Shown: one piece after another, positions 44,867 through 53,472 of the stretch | Position numbering within the stretch: position 1 is the first letter of the stretch | Layout of the letters: every line of letters begins with the position of its first letter | Origin: Actinomycetes bacterium | GTDB taxonomy: Bacteria > Actinomycetota > Acidimicrobiia > Acidimicrobiales > Bog-793 | NCBI GenBank assembly: GCA_021803215.1 | Contig: JAJZLV010000047.1 | Coordinates: forward strand, 300-62,650 | Direction of reading: 5' to 3' | Length of the DNA: 62,351 nucleotides | Notes under the pieces: generated by a model | Told to the model about the DNA's origin: nothing | What the model saw: the letters and a program-made list of their open reading frames with translations, nothing else | Database searches by the model: none | Position numbers and translations under genes: made by a program

Positions 44867-47590
44867 CTAGCCGATCGTCCCGTGCGCTCCGTGACCGATC
44901 TCTGGATCGGCGTTCGAGATCCCCTCGACCACGCGGAGCGGGCGAAGCGGAGGTATCTCTCTCGAGTATTCGAGCCTGGCGCCTGCGCCTAGCCAGCCCG
45001 TCAGGTCACTCGCCACACGCGGCCTCGAGAGGAAGTAGCCCTGCACCGAATCGCACCCGGCGTCCGCCAGGATGGCGCAGGTCACCTCGTCCTCGGCGCC
45101 CTCGGCCACGACCGACAGGCCGAGAGAGTGCGCCATGGCGATCGACGAGCGAACGATGATCCGGTTGCTGGCGTCGTCCTCGAGATTCGTCACGAAGCTC
45201 CGGTCGATCTTCAGCTCCTGCACCGGCAGGCGGTGCAGATAGGCCAAGGAGGAATAGCCGGTGCCGTAGTCGTCGACCGCTATGCGGATCCCGAGGCGTG
45301 AGAGCCGCGTGAGGACCGCGCTCGCCTCCTTCAGGTCGGACATCACCTCGGTCTCCGTCAGCTCGAGCGTGAGCGAGCTAGCCGGAAAGTCGTGCTCGTC
45401 GAGCTCGCTCGCCACGAACTCGACGAGCCCGTCGTCCGACAGCTCCCGGCCCGAGAGGTTGACCGCCAGGCCGACCTGCAAGCCACCCTGTCGCCAGGCC
45501 GCCGCCTGGGTGAGCGCCTCGTGGAGCACAAACTCCGTCACCTGGTCGACAAGGCCCATCTGCTCGGCGATGGCGATGAACTCTGTCGCCGGAACCCATC
45601 CGTGGACCGGGTGCTCCCAGCGGGCAAGCGCCTCGACTCTGAGCACGTCGCCAGAGGAGAGGTCGGCAATCGGCTGATACATCACGCTCAGCTGGCCGCT
45701 GTCTCCGAGGGCGCTCAGCAACTGCCCGCCGAGCATCAGGCGACGCTGCACGCTCTGGTCTCGCGTCGGAGAGTAGAGCTCGATCCCGCTCCGGCGGTCC
45801 TTGGCGAGATACATGGCGATGTCGGCCCTTTGCAGAAGCGAAGCGGCGTTGTTGCCGTGCTGGGGCGCCAGCGCGATGCCGGCGCTGGCGGTCACCGCAA
45901 GCGTCAGCCCGTCGATGTTGAACGGCTTCGAGAGAGCCACCTCGAGATCACGAACGATCCCGATGGCTTCCTCGGGACCGATGATGTCCGGCACCACGAG
46001 GGCAAACTCGTCGCCGCCGAGCCGGGCCACGGTCGCTCGTCCCTTGGCTGCCTGCACCAAACGCTCGGCCACCTCGCAAAGGAGGCGGTCACCTGTGTCG
46101 TGGCCGAGAGTGTCGTTGACGTCCTTGAAACGGTCGATGTCGAGGAGGGCGATGGCGGCCGAGCCGGTGCTCTCGAGAGCCTCCGAAGCCTTGGTCGAAA
46201 AGAGCGTCCGGTTTGGAAGCTTCGTCAGCAGGTCGTGTGTCGCCTGGTAGAGCTTGCTATCGGCTTCGAAGCGCAACTCCTCGACGAGGCGGGCGCGTTC
46301 GAGGGTAGAGATGGCATGGGCGGCCAGGGTCTCGAAGAGTCGCAAGTCGTCGGCGTCGAAGGTGTCGAGGGCCTCGTCCCGATCCATGGCCACCACGGCA
46401 CCGACTATGCGATCGCTCGCCCGAAGGGGTACCGCGAGGGCGTCTTTGAACGAGCCGAGCAATGGGTCGCTCTGGAGCGACATGTCACTGCCGGGAGGCT
46501 TGGCCACCATCTCAGAGGTTCCGGAGGAGAGCACCCGGTCGACCAGTGAGCCATCTGCTACCGGACCGCTGTCCCAGCTCGTCATCTCGCCATCCGACAA
46601 CGAGATGTGGCGCACGCCGCCCGCCGCCTCCAACAGCACGACCCGCGCCCTTCGAGCCCGCATCACCGACTCGACCTGCTCCAGCACGACCCGCGATGCC
46701 GAGTGCTGCTCGAGGCTGGCGGTCGCCAGAGTGTCGCTGAAGTCGTAGAGCCGCTGGAGGGCTCCGAAGCGCTGGGTGAGCCTGGAGTAGCCCCTGTAGG
46801 CCGAGATGATCAGCGCTCCGACGACAACAAGGGGGATGACCTCCCAGGGCTGCCACCAAGCCGAGTCGAGAACGACAAGCGCCAGACCGGCCGAGGCGAC
46901 GAACACCAGCAGCTCAGTGGTGTACTCGTACCCGCTCCGAGGTGGGAGACGTTGGCCGATAAGACGGACTACGAGGTGAACGGCCAGGTGGGAGACAAGC
47001 GCCGCCCCCAAAAGCGCCGCGACGCCAGCGGCCAAACCGAGAGGCGAAACGGCGCTCGATCCGCTCAACAGGCTGTGGTATATGAGCGCGGCCACCGCCG
47101 TGGCCATGAGTCCGAACGTGACGTTGAAGATCACCTTGGTGGGTGGCTGGCGCCTCAGCAAGCCAAAGCCGACGGTCTGACCGGCCAGCCGCGCCAGGAT
47201 CAGGTAGAGAGGCGAGAGAAAGACGAGCCCTATGAGAAGAGGTATCTCGGTGAGGGTGTAGAGGTAGGTCTCTCCCCTGTAGTGGAAGGCGATCGGTTCG
47301 GCCACCGCCGCCGCGAAGGCTACGACGAGGATGCCGAGCATCACCGGTTGAGCGACTATGTGGCGGGCCGGGCCGTAGCCGAGCTGGTGGGCCACCACGA
47401 GCAGCCCGCCGGTGCTGAGAGCCATCGCCAAGGACAGAAGGTGAACTCTCCAACTGCGCCCTCCGGCGCTGCCTCGGGAATCGTGTGTCTGCCGCTGCGA
47501 GCCGCTTTCCGGGCGCGACTCGACGGGCGGTCGCGACCGCCTCTTCCCAGAGTCGAAGTGCCCCCCGCCAACGTTGTCTGACGGCACCAT
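44867..47590 (-). CDS. Membrane-anchored GAF-GGDEF-EAL protein (c-di-GMP cyclase/phosphodiesterase)
   Basis: N-terminal multi-TM sensor. GGDEF domain: DIDRFKDVNDTLGHDTGD...RLGGDEFALVV. EAL domain: EALARW, LELTETEV, DDYGTGYSSLAYL, KIDRSFV. Start is uncertain (ATG 47590 versus track TTG 47626). Confidence 0.9.
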   Translation of the reverse strand: MVPSDNVGGGHFDSGKRRSRPPVESRPESGSQRQTHDSRGSAGGRSWRVHLLSLAMALSTGGLLVVAHQLGYGPARHIVAQPVMLGILVVAFAAAVAEPIAFHYRGETYLYTLTEIPLLIGLVFLSPLYLILARLAGQTVGFGLLRRQPPTKVIFNVTFGLMATAVAALIYHSLLSGSSAVSPLGLAAGVAALLGAALVSHLAVHLVVRLIGQRLPPRSGYEYTTELLVFVASAGLALVVLDSAWWQPWEVIPLVVVGALIISAYRGYSRLTQRFGALQRLYDFSDTLATASLEQHSASRVVLEQVESVMRARRARVVLLEAAGGVRHISLSDGEMTSWDSGPVADGSLVDRVLSSGTSEMVAKPPGSDMSLQSDPLLGSFKDALAVPLRASDRIVGAVVAMDRDEALDTFDADDLRLFETLAAHAISTLERARLVEELRFEADSKLYQATHDLLTKLPNRTLFSTKASEALESTGSAAIALLDIDRFKDVNDTLGHDTGDRLLCEVAERLVQAAKGRATVARLGGDEFALVVPDIIGPEEAIGIVRDLEVALSKPFNIDGLTLAVTASAGIALAPQHGNNAASLLQRADIAMYLAKDRRSGIELYSPTRDQSVQRRLMLGGQLLSALGDSGQLSVMYQPIADLSSGDVLRVEALARWEHPVHGWVPATEFIAIAEQMGLVDQVTEFVLHEALTQAAAWRQGGLQVGLAVNLSGRELSDDGLVEFVASELDEHDFPASSLTLELTETEVMSDLKEASAVLTRLSRLGIRIAVDDYGTGYSSLAYLHRLPVQELKIDRSFVTNLEDDASNRIIVRSSIAMAHSLGLSVVAEGAEDEVTCAILADAGCDSVQGYFLSRPRVASDLTGWLGAGARLEYSREIPPLRPLRVVEGISNADPEIGHGAHGTIG

Positions 47591-47881
47591 CAACTCATCG
47601 ACGCATCGAAGGAACAACTTGAGCAATTACCTGCTCAGCAAGCATGCTTCCCGCCTAACTGAAGCTCGTACCTTCCTACCTGGGCACTCAGCTCCGAGAG
47701 CCGGCGCCCAACAATCGTATGGCACGCCCCTTGGTTTGCTGAGTAATCAGAGGCGATTGGGGCCCTTCGTGCCACCTAGAGTCCCCGAGGCGCGCGCACA
47801 GTGGCAGGTTGGTGGCTACTGCTTGTCCTACTGCCACTGCTCCGCCGGTTATCGTGCTGCTTCGACCCACTACCCGGGTAG

Positions 47882-48718
47882 GTGACGTCGATGCGCGCGA
47901 TGAGCAACAGGGTGGCCGTCGACTACGACGCCGTCGGCTCCGGCACCCCGGTGATCCTCCTCCACGGCTTTCCCGACACCCGGCGACTATGGCGCCACCA
48001 GGTGAGCGCCCTTGCCGAGGATGGCTACCGGGCCATCGCCCCGGACATGCGTGGCTATGGCAAGTCTGACAAGCCCGCGGACGTCGCCTCTTACAGCCTG
48101 CTCACCGTCCTCGGAGACGTCATCGCCGTGCTGGACGATGCCGGAGCGGAACGGGCCCACGTAGTCGGACACGACTGGGGCGCCGCGGTGAGCTGGCTGC
48201 TCGCTGCCATCTTCCCCGACAGGGTGCTCTCGCTGACGGCGATGTCGGTCGGCCATCCAGCCAGCTTCCGCAGTGCCGGGCTCGAGCAGTACGCCCGCTC
48301 CTGGTACATGCTGCTGTTCCAGTTTCCGGGCATCGCGGAGCGCTGGCTCTCGAACGACGATTGGGCCAACTTCCGCTCCTGGAGCGGGCATCCCGACGCC
48401 GATCGGATCGTCGCCGAGCTCGAGGCGAACCGCTCCCTGACACCAGCTCTCAACTGGTACAGGGCGAACGTCCCGCCAGAGTCTCTGCTCTCGCCGCCGG
48501 TGGTGCTCCCGCCGATCGAAGCTCCCGTCATGGGCGTCTGGAGCAGCCGGGACATGGCCCTGTGCGAAGCTCAGATGACCCGCTCGGCAAGCCACGTCCA
48601 GGGCCGCTGGCGCTACGAGCGGGTGGAGAACGCCGGGCACTGGCTTCAACTCGAGGTTCCCGAGGTGGTGAACGGGCTACTGCTCGACTTCCTGGCCGCT
48701 TCGGAGGCTAGGACCTGA
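47882..48718 (+). CDS. Alpha/beta-fold hydrolase (epoxide hydrolase / haloalkane dehalogenase-like)
   Basis: ILLHGFPDTRRLWRHQ and nucleophile elbow VVGHDWGAAV. Confidence 0.85.
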   Translation: MTSMRAMSNRVAVDYDAVGSGTPVILLHGFPDTRRLWRHQVSALAEDGYRAIAPDMRGYGKSDKPADVASYSLLTVLGDVIAVLDDAGAERAHVVGHDWGAAVSWLLAAIFPDRVLSLTAMSVGHPASFRSAGLEQYARSWYMLLFQFPGIAERWLSNDDWANFRSWSGHPDADRIVAELEANRSLTPALNWYRANVPPESLLSPPVVLPPIEAPVMGVWSSRDMALCEAQMTRSASHVQGRWRYERVENAGHWLQLEVPEVVNGLLLDFLAASEART

Positions 48719-48893
48719 TCGCCTCGACCGTCTTCGGATCGAACAGCTGGAGCCTGCCGGTGTCGAGCGCGAAGACGGCCCGCTCCCCCGCTTGTACGGC
48801 GCTGTTCGCCTCCACCCTCGCCACTGCGGCCCTGGCAATCGCCGCACCGAGCAGACCGACGCCCGTACCCGTTTCGCTCCCGTAACAGCACAT
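48708..48893 (-). pseudogene. Isolated TOBE-like C-terminal fragment of a MalK/UgpC-type ABC ATPase (61 codons)
   Basis: ...VARVEANSAVQAGERAVFALDTGRLQLFDPKTVEAI resembles the terminal TOBE strand pattern of sugar ABC ATPases. No nucleotide-binding domain lies upstream. Confidence 0.4.
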
Positions 48894-48929
48894 CCGATCT
48901 CTTCGTCCGGACCGGATTAGTTTGATTCG

Positions 48930-50894
48930 ATGACCGAGACAGCTCCCTACGGAACGTGGCGTTCGCCCGTGACCCTCGACGCCCTGGTAAGAGGTGCCAT
49001 GGTCGTGACCTACCCCACCGCGGCCGGAGAGAGCCTCTACTGGCTGGAGCGACGGCCCGAGGAAGGTGGGCGGCAGGTGATCGTCCGCTCCCGGCCGGAC
49101 GGCAGCCAGCCCTCCGACTGCTTCGGGCCGGACTACAACGCCAGGACGCTCGTCCACGAGTACGGCGGCCTTCCCTACTGTGCGTCGGGAGAGACAGTCT
49201 TCTTCTCGAACTTCGCCGACCAGCGGCTTTACAAGGTGAAGCCTGGTGGGACGCCGGTCCCCCTCACTGCCGAGCCGGAGAGCCCCCGAGCAGTCCGCTT
49301 CGCCGCCCCCGTCTGCTCGCCGGACGGGCTCTACCTCTACGCCGTGAGAGAACGTCACCAAGTTCCCGACGACCTGCCGACCCTCGTGCAAAACGAGATA
49401 GTCGCTATCGCGACCGACGGCTCACGCGAGCACGTCGTCGCCTCAGGACGGGACTTCTACTCACACGTGACGCTCTCGCCCGACTCCAGGCGACTTGCCT
49501 ACGTAGCCTGGGACCACCCCCACATGCCGTGGGACGAGACGGAGCTGTTCGAGCTCGACTTGGAAGACGGCCTCCCGGCAGGGGAAGGACGCCGCATCGC
49601 AGGCGGCGGCAAGCCGGAATCCATCACTCAGCCGAAGTACTCCCCGTCCGGCGTGCTCCACTTCATCTCCGACCGCACCAACTGGTGGAACCTCTACCGG
49701 GTTTCGGGCGACGGGGGCGCAGCCGAGGCCCTTGTCTCCTCCGACCACGATCTCGGCGTTCCCGACTGGGTGTTCGGGCGCTCGACGTATGCCTTCTTGC
49801 AGGACGGCTCTGTCGTGATCAGCTGGCACGACAAGGGCATACAGCTGCTGGGCGTGACCGATCCCGTGCCAGAGAAGGTCGAGCCCATCGAGACCGGCTA
49901 CACCGACTTCGACTACCTCACCGCCGAGCCCTCCGGCCACTCGGTGATCGCAGTCGCGAGCGGGCCGGCCAGCCCCTCCACTCTCGCCCGGATCAGCCGG
50001 GACGGCCTCGAGGCGCTCGGCGAGCAGAAGCCCCTCTTTTTTGACCCGAGCTACATCTCATGGCCCCAGCCCATCGAGTTTCCCACCACCGGCGGCAAGA
50101 CCGCCCACGCCTTTTTCTATCCGCCGCACAATCCCGACTTCAGTGCCCCCGCCGGCGAGCTCCCTCCTCTCATCGTGCAGAGCCACGGCGGGCCCACCTC
50201 GGCAACGCGGGCGGTGCTCTCCGATTCCATCCAGTTCTGGACCTCCCGGGGCTTCGGCCTCGTGGACGTCAACTACGGCGGCAGCACCGGATACGGCCGC
50301 GAGTACCGGGAGAGGCTGAAGGGGAACTGGGGCATAGTCGACGTGCAGGACTGCAGCGCAGCGGCCCTCTACCTCGCCGAGTCCGGTCGGGCCGACCTCG
50401 AGCGGCTCGCCATCCATGGAGGCAGCGCCGGAGGGTACACCGCCCTTTGCGCCCTGGCCTTCACCGATGTCTTCTCGGCGGCCGCCTCGTACTTCGGGGT
50501 GGCCGATGCCGGCGCGCTCGCGAGGGAGACCCACAAGTTCGAGTCGCGCTACCTCGACGGGCTCATCGGTCCCTGGCCGGAAGCCCGCCAGCTCTACGAA
50601 GACCGTTCCCCTCTCATGCACCTCCAGCACTTCGACGTCCCTCTCATCCTCTTTCAGGGACTCGAGGACAAGGTCGTGCCTCCGAGCCAGGCGGAGGCGA
50701 TGGCGAGCGCCCTCGACCAAAAGGCCGTGCCCTATGCCTACATCGCCTACGAAGGCGAGCAGCACGGCTTCCGGCAGGCCGAGAACCTCCGCCGCACGGG
50801 CGAAGCCGAGCTCTACTTCTACGGCAGGGTCTTCGGCTTCGAGCCCGCAGACGAGCTCGAGCCGGTCGAGATCCACCACGCCGACCAGCTCTAG
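48930..50894 (+). CDS. S9-family serine peptidase (prolyl oligopeptidase / acylaminoacyl peptidase-like)
   Basis: N-terminal beta-propeller region. Catalytic Ser in HGGSAGGY, later LFQGLEDKVVP (Asp) and GEQHGF (His). Confidence 0.88.
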   Translation: MTETAPYGTWRSPVTLDALVRGAMVVTYPTAAGESLYWLERRPEEGGRQVIVRSRPDGSQPSDCFGPDYNARTLVHEYGGLPYCASGETVFFSNFADQRLYKVKPGGTPVPLTAEPESPRAVRFAAPVCSPDGLYLYAVRERHQVPDDLPTLVQNEIVAIATDGSREHVVASGRDFYSHVTLSPDSRRLAYVAWDHPHMPWDETELFELDLEDGLPAGEGRRIAGGGKPESITQPKYSPSGVLHFISDRTNWWNLYRVSGDGGAAEALVSSDHDLGVPDWVFGRSTYAFLQDGSVVISWHDKGIQLLGVTDPVPEKVEPIETGYTDFDYLTAEPSGHSVIAVASGPASPSTLARISRDGLEALGEQKPLFFDPSYISWPQPIEFPTTGGKTAHAFFYPPHNPDFSAPAGELPPLIVQSHGGPTSATRAVLSDSIQFWTSRGFGLVDVNYGGSTGYGREYRERLKGNWGIVDVQDCSAAALYLAESGRADLERLAIHGGSAGGYTALCALAFTDVFSAAASYFGVADAGALARETHKFESRYLDGLIGPWPEARQLYEDRSPLMHLQHFDVPLILFQGLEDKVVPPSQAEAMASALDQKAVPYAYIAYEGEQHGFRQAENLRRTGEAELYFYGRVFGFEPADELEPVEIHHADQL

Positions 50895-52651
50895 GCCGGC
50901 GGCTCGGCCTCCTCGTAGAGAGCCTCGCCCCTGCGAAGGCGTGTCGCGATCCGGACGGTCTGTGAGAGCTCGCGCCGCGTCGGTGTGTGGGCGGCGAGGA
51001 AGCGGGCCGTTCCAGCCAGGATGAGGGCCTCCTCCTCAGAGCCGCGGGGCCAGCCGGCAGCCTGACGAGCGGCCGCCTCGTAGGTCTGGAACCAGTGGAA
51101 GCCGGCATCCTCGGCCAAGAGCCCTCCTCCGAGCTGAGCCAGCAGCTCCTCTCGCTTACCGCCTCCGCGCAAGAAGCCGTAGGCGATCCGGCCCGCCTCG
51201 TCCACCATCCCTTCCACGTCCCAGCAGGCAGGGAGGTCTCCTAGATCCCCCGCCACATCCTCGGGGAGGCGGGCGGCCGGCACGTTCAGGAAGCGGTCGA
51301 GGTAGACCTTGAGGGCTAGCTGGACGAGGCCGCGCAGCAAGAGAGCCGAGGGAGCCCGCACGAGCATCTGATGGAGGGCGTTGGCGGTGGTGAATCCGTG
51401 ATGCACGACGTTCCAGTCGCCATGGTCGTTCTGGACGTGGAAGCGGGTGATCCGCAGGGCGGCGGCCAGCGCGACGGCGCGGCCGAGCTGCTCGGCCGAC
51501 GCCCCCTTACCGATCGCATCGAGGATCGCCTCGACGATCGGCTGTGGCTCACCTTCGACGATCCTCCAAGCAAGATCGCTCGGGCCACCGCCCTTCTCGA
51601 AGGACTCAGCCGCCGCACCCCGTGGTGCCAACCCGTCCCAACCTGCTCGGTCTAGGACCCCCGGCAGCTCCGAAGCGGCCGCGTCGCACAGGCCGGCCAG
51701 GTCATAGGGGTGGCGCCAGGCCCCCTCCTCCTCGTGACGAGTCGCCCCGGCGGTCTCATGGACCAAGGTGGGAAGAATCAGGGCGGCCGAGGCCGGGCCG
51801 AGGTGCCCTACGAGCTCGAAGGCCTTGTTCGTGAAATCGAGGATGTGGCCCTCGTCGAGAAAGAGATGGTCGGTGGCGGCCGCTCCCATCATCCGAGAGA
51901 GCGCCGCGAGCGGGGCGCCCGATGAGATGGCCGAGGCGAGCACCCGCTCGGCCGCGTCGCCAGAGCGGCTCTCGATGAAGCGGCGATACCAGGAGCCGAG
52001 TCGCTCGACCGGCGGCGTGCTCGGCCCGCTGAGCGGAGCGAGCGCGAAGCGGGGAGGTCGGCCGCGGGTGTCGCCCGAGAGAAAGCTCAGCCCGTGCACC
52101 AGGGCCAGTGGGCGGTCCGCCTCCTCGAGACAGTCAAGGACGTTGGCCATGGCGCACAGCACGGTGAGCCCCGGACCAAAGCCTTGTTCTCTGAACCTGC
52201 TGCCGAAGCATGCGCCGGCCGAGACCAGATCGGCCACCGGCTCGCCGGCTTCGCCGTGGGCCAGGACCGCCTTGGCGATGACAAGGCTCAGCCCATCCTC
52301 GAGGCCCTCCTCGAGACGGCGCAAGGTACGGTCCTTGTCGAATGGCTGGACCTCGGCCGAGACGACGACCCGCCCGCCAGCGATGTCGACCGGGTAGGCC
52401 CGGGCGTCATCGGCGAATGGGTCGAGAGTCCCGCCCGTGCAGAGGTCGAACCGGGCGTGGTGCCAGTGACAGGTGATGATGCCGTTCTCGACCGTGCCCC
52501 GGTGAAGAGGAAAGCCGAGGTGCGGGCAGCGATCGTCGATGGCGAAGGCGTGCTCCTCATGCCAGAAGACGCAGACCGGATGGCTGCCCAGCTTGCCTGT
52601 GAGACAGCCCTTCTCCTTCAGATCATCCAGACTGCCGACGTCGACCCGCAT
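50891..52651 (-). CDS. Rieske [2Fe-2S] domain protein with a ~480-aa uncharacterised C-terminal domain
   Basis: CPHLGFPL...CHWHHARF Rieske ligands in the first 100 aa. The remainder is alpha-rich with no recognised family. SD TAGGAGGAAC. Confidence 0.8.
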   Translation of the reverse strand: MRVDVGSLDDLKEKGCLTGKLGSHPVCVFWHEEHAFAIDDRCPHLGFPLHRGTVENGIITCHWHHARFDLCTGGTLDPFADDARAYPVDIAGGRVVVSAEVQPFDKDRTLRRLEEGLEDGLSLVIAKAVLAHGEAGEPVADLVSAGACFGSRFREQGFGPGLTVLCAMANVLDCLEEADRPLALVHGLSFLSGDTRGRPPRFALAPLSGPSTPPVERLGSWYRRFIESRSGDAAERVLASAISSGAPLAALSRMMGAAATDHLFLDEGHILDFTNKAFELVGHLGPASAALILPTLVHETAGATRHEEEGAWRHPYDLAGLCDAAASELPGVLDRAGWDGLAPRGAAAESFEKGGGPSDLAWRIVEGEPQPIVEAILDAIGKGASAEQLGRAVALAAALRITRFHVQNDHGDWNVVHHGFTTANALHQMLVRAPSALLLRGLVQLALKVYLDRFLNVPAARLPEDVAGDLGDLPACWDVEGMVDEAGRIAYGFLRGGGKREELLAQLGGGLLAEDAGFHWFQTYEAAARQAAGWPRGSEEEALILAGTARFLAAHTPTRRELSQTVRIATRLRRGEALYEEAEPPA

Positions 52652-52692
52652 CTGTTCGTTCCTCCTACGGTGGGCTCAGCGAGGAACGCTAG

Positions 52693-52714
52693 GACTTAAA
52701 GAACACTTTAAGTC
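52693..52714. promoter_or_regulatory. AT-rich perfect 9-bp-arm palindrome between the PRC-barrel and Rieske genes
   Basis: gacttaaag-aaca-ctttaagtc. It overlaps the PRC gene stop codon (52713-52715) and lies 42 nt upstream of the Rieske ATG. Confidence 0.4.
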
Positions 52715-53393
52715 AAGACCCTTGCTCGGCGGCGAGATCGACCGGCGGCAGGTTGCGGACATCCTCTTTGCTGAGAGCCACATGCACGCCGTCGGTCACG
52801 CTCGTGACGGCCGAGAGCGGGATCGCCACCCGCTTGTGTCCCCAGAGGTGCCCCTCGTCTAGCAGGACATGGGTGACGCAGCTGGCGGAATCGACCACAA
52901 GGCCGCGGACGCGGCCGATCGGGCCGTCCAGCGCATGGACAGGCTCGCCTCGACGGATCGCCACCTCACCAGGCGGCACCCGGTCGTAGACGACCGATCG
53001 AGGCGCGCCGGCCTCCACTCCCGCAGCTCCAAGGGCTCCAAGCCCCATCCAACCTATGCTCGTCCCGCCGAGCCCGAAGTACGGCCAGGAGAGCATCTCG
53101 GCCGATCCCTCACCCCACTCGTCCCCCTCGAGCGGCAGGAACTTCCTCTCCTCGGCCTCCTCCAGCCGCTCGAAGTCTTCGGCATCGCAGCTGAGGCGAA
53201 GGGGCGGCCCGGTCTCGACGACGAGCCCGACGGGAACCAAGCGACCGGAAAGAGGCCCGCCGTGGGATTCGACGACCAAGTGGGTGACCGTTCGCGCCAG
53301 GGGATCGATCACGAGGCGAGCGAGGTGTCCGCCAGACGAGTCATCGGCCAGCAGCACCTCGCAGCCGATCGCGAGCTCGGACCGTCCTGTCAT
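52713..53393 (-). CDS. PRC-barrel domain protein (two PRC-like modules)
   Basis: Repeated pattern (G.VVD....VTHLVV/LLDEG....RLVPV/VAIPLS). SD GAGGAGG. Confidence 0.7.
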   Translation of the reverse strand: MTGRSELAIGCEVLLADDSSGGHLARLVIDPLARTVTHLVVESHGGPLSGRLVPVGLVVETGPPLRLSCDAEDFERLEEAEERKFLPLEGDEWGEGSAEMLSWPYFGLGGTSIGWMGLGALGAAGVEAGAPRSVVYDRVPPGEVAIRRGEPVHALDGPIGRVRGLVVDSASCVTHVLLDEGHLWGHKRVAIPLSAVTSVTDGVHVALSKEDVRNLPPVDLAAEQGS

Positions 53394-53472
53394 CGCCCAG
53401 CCTCCTCATGACGCTCCAGGAGCCTCTACAACAGAATGATGACTCGGAAGACCTGGAGGGTGAAAGAGGCTT

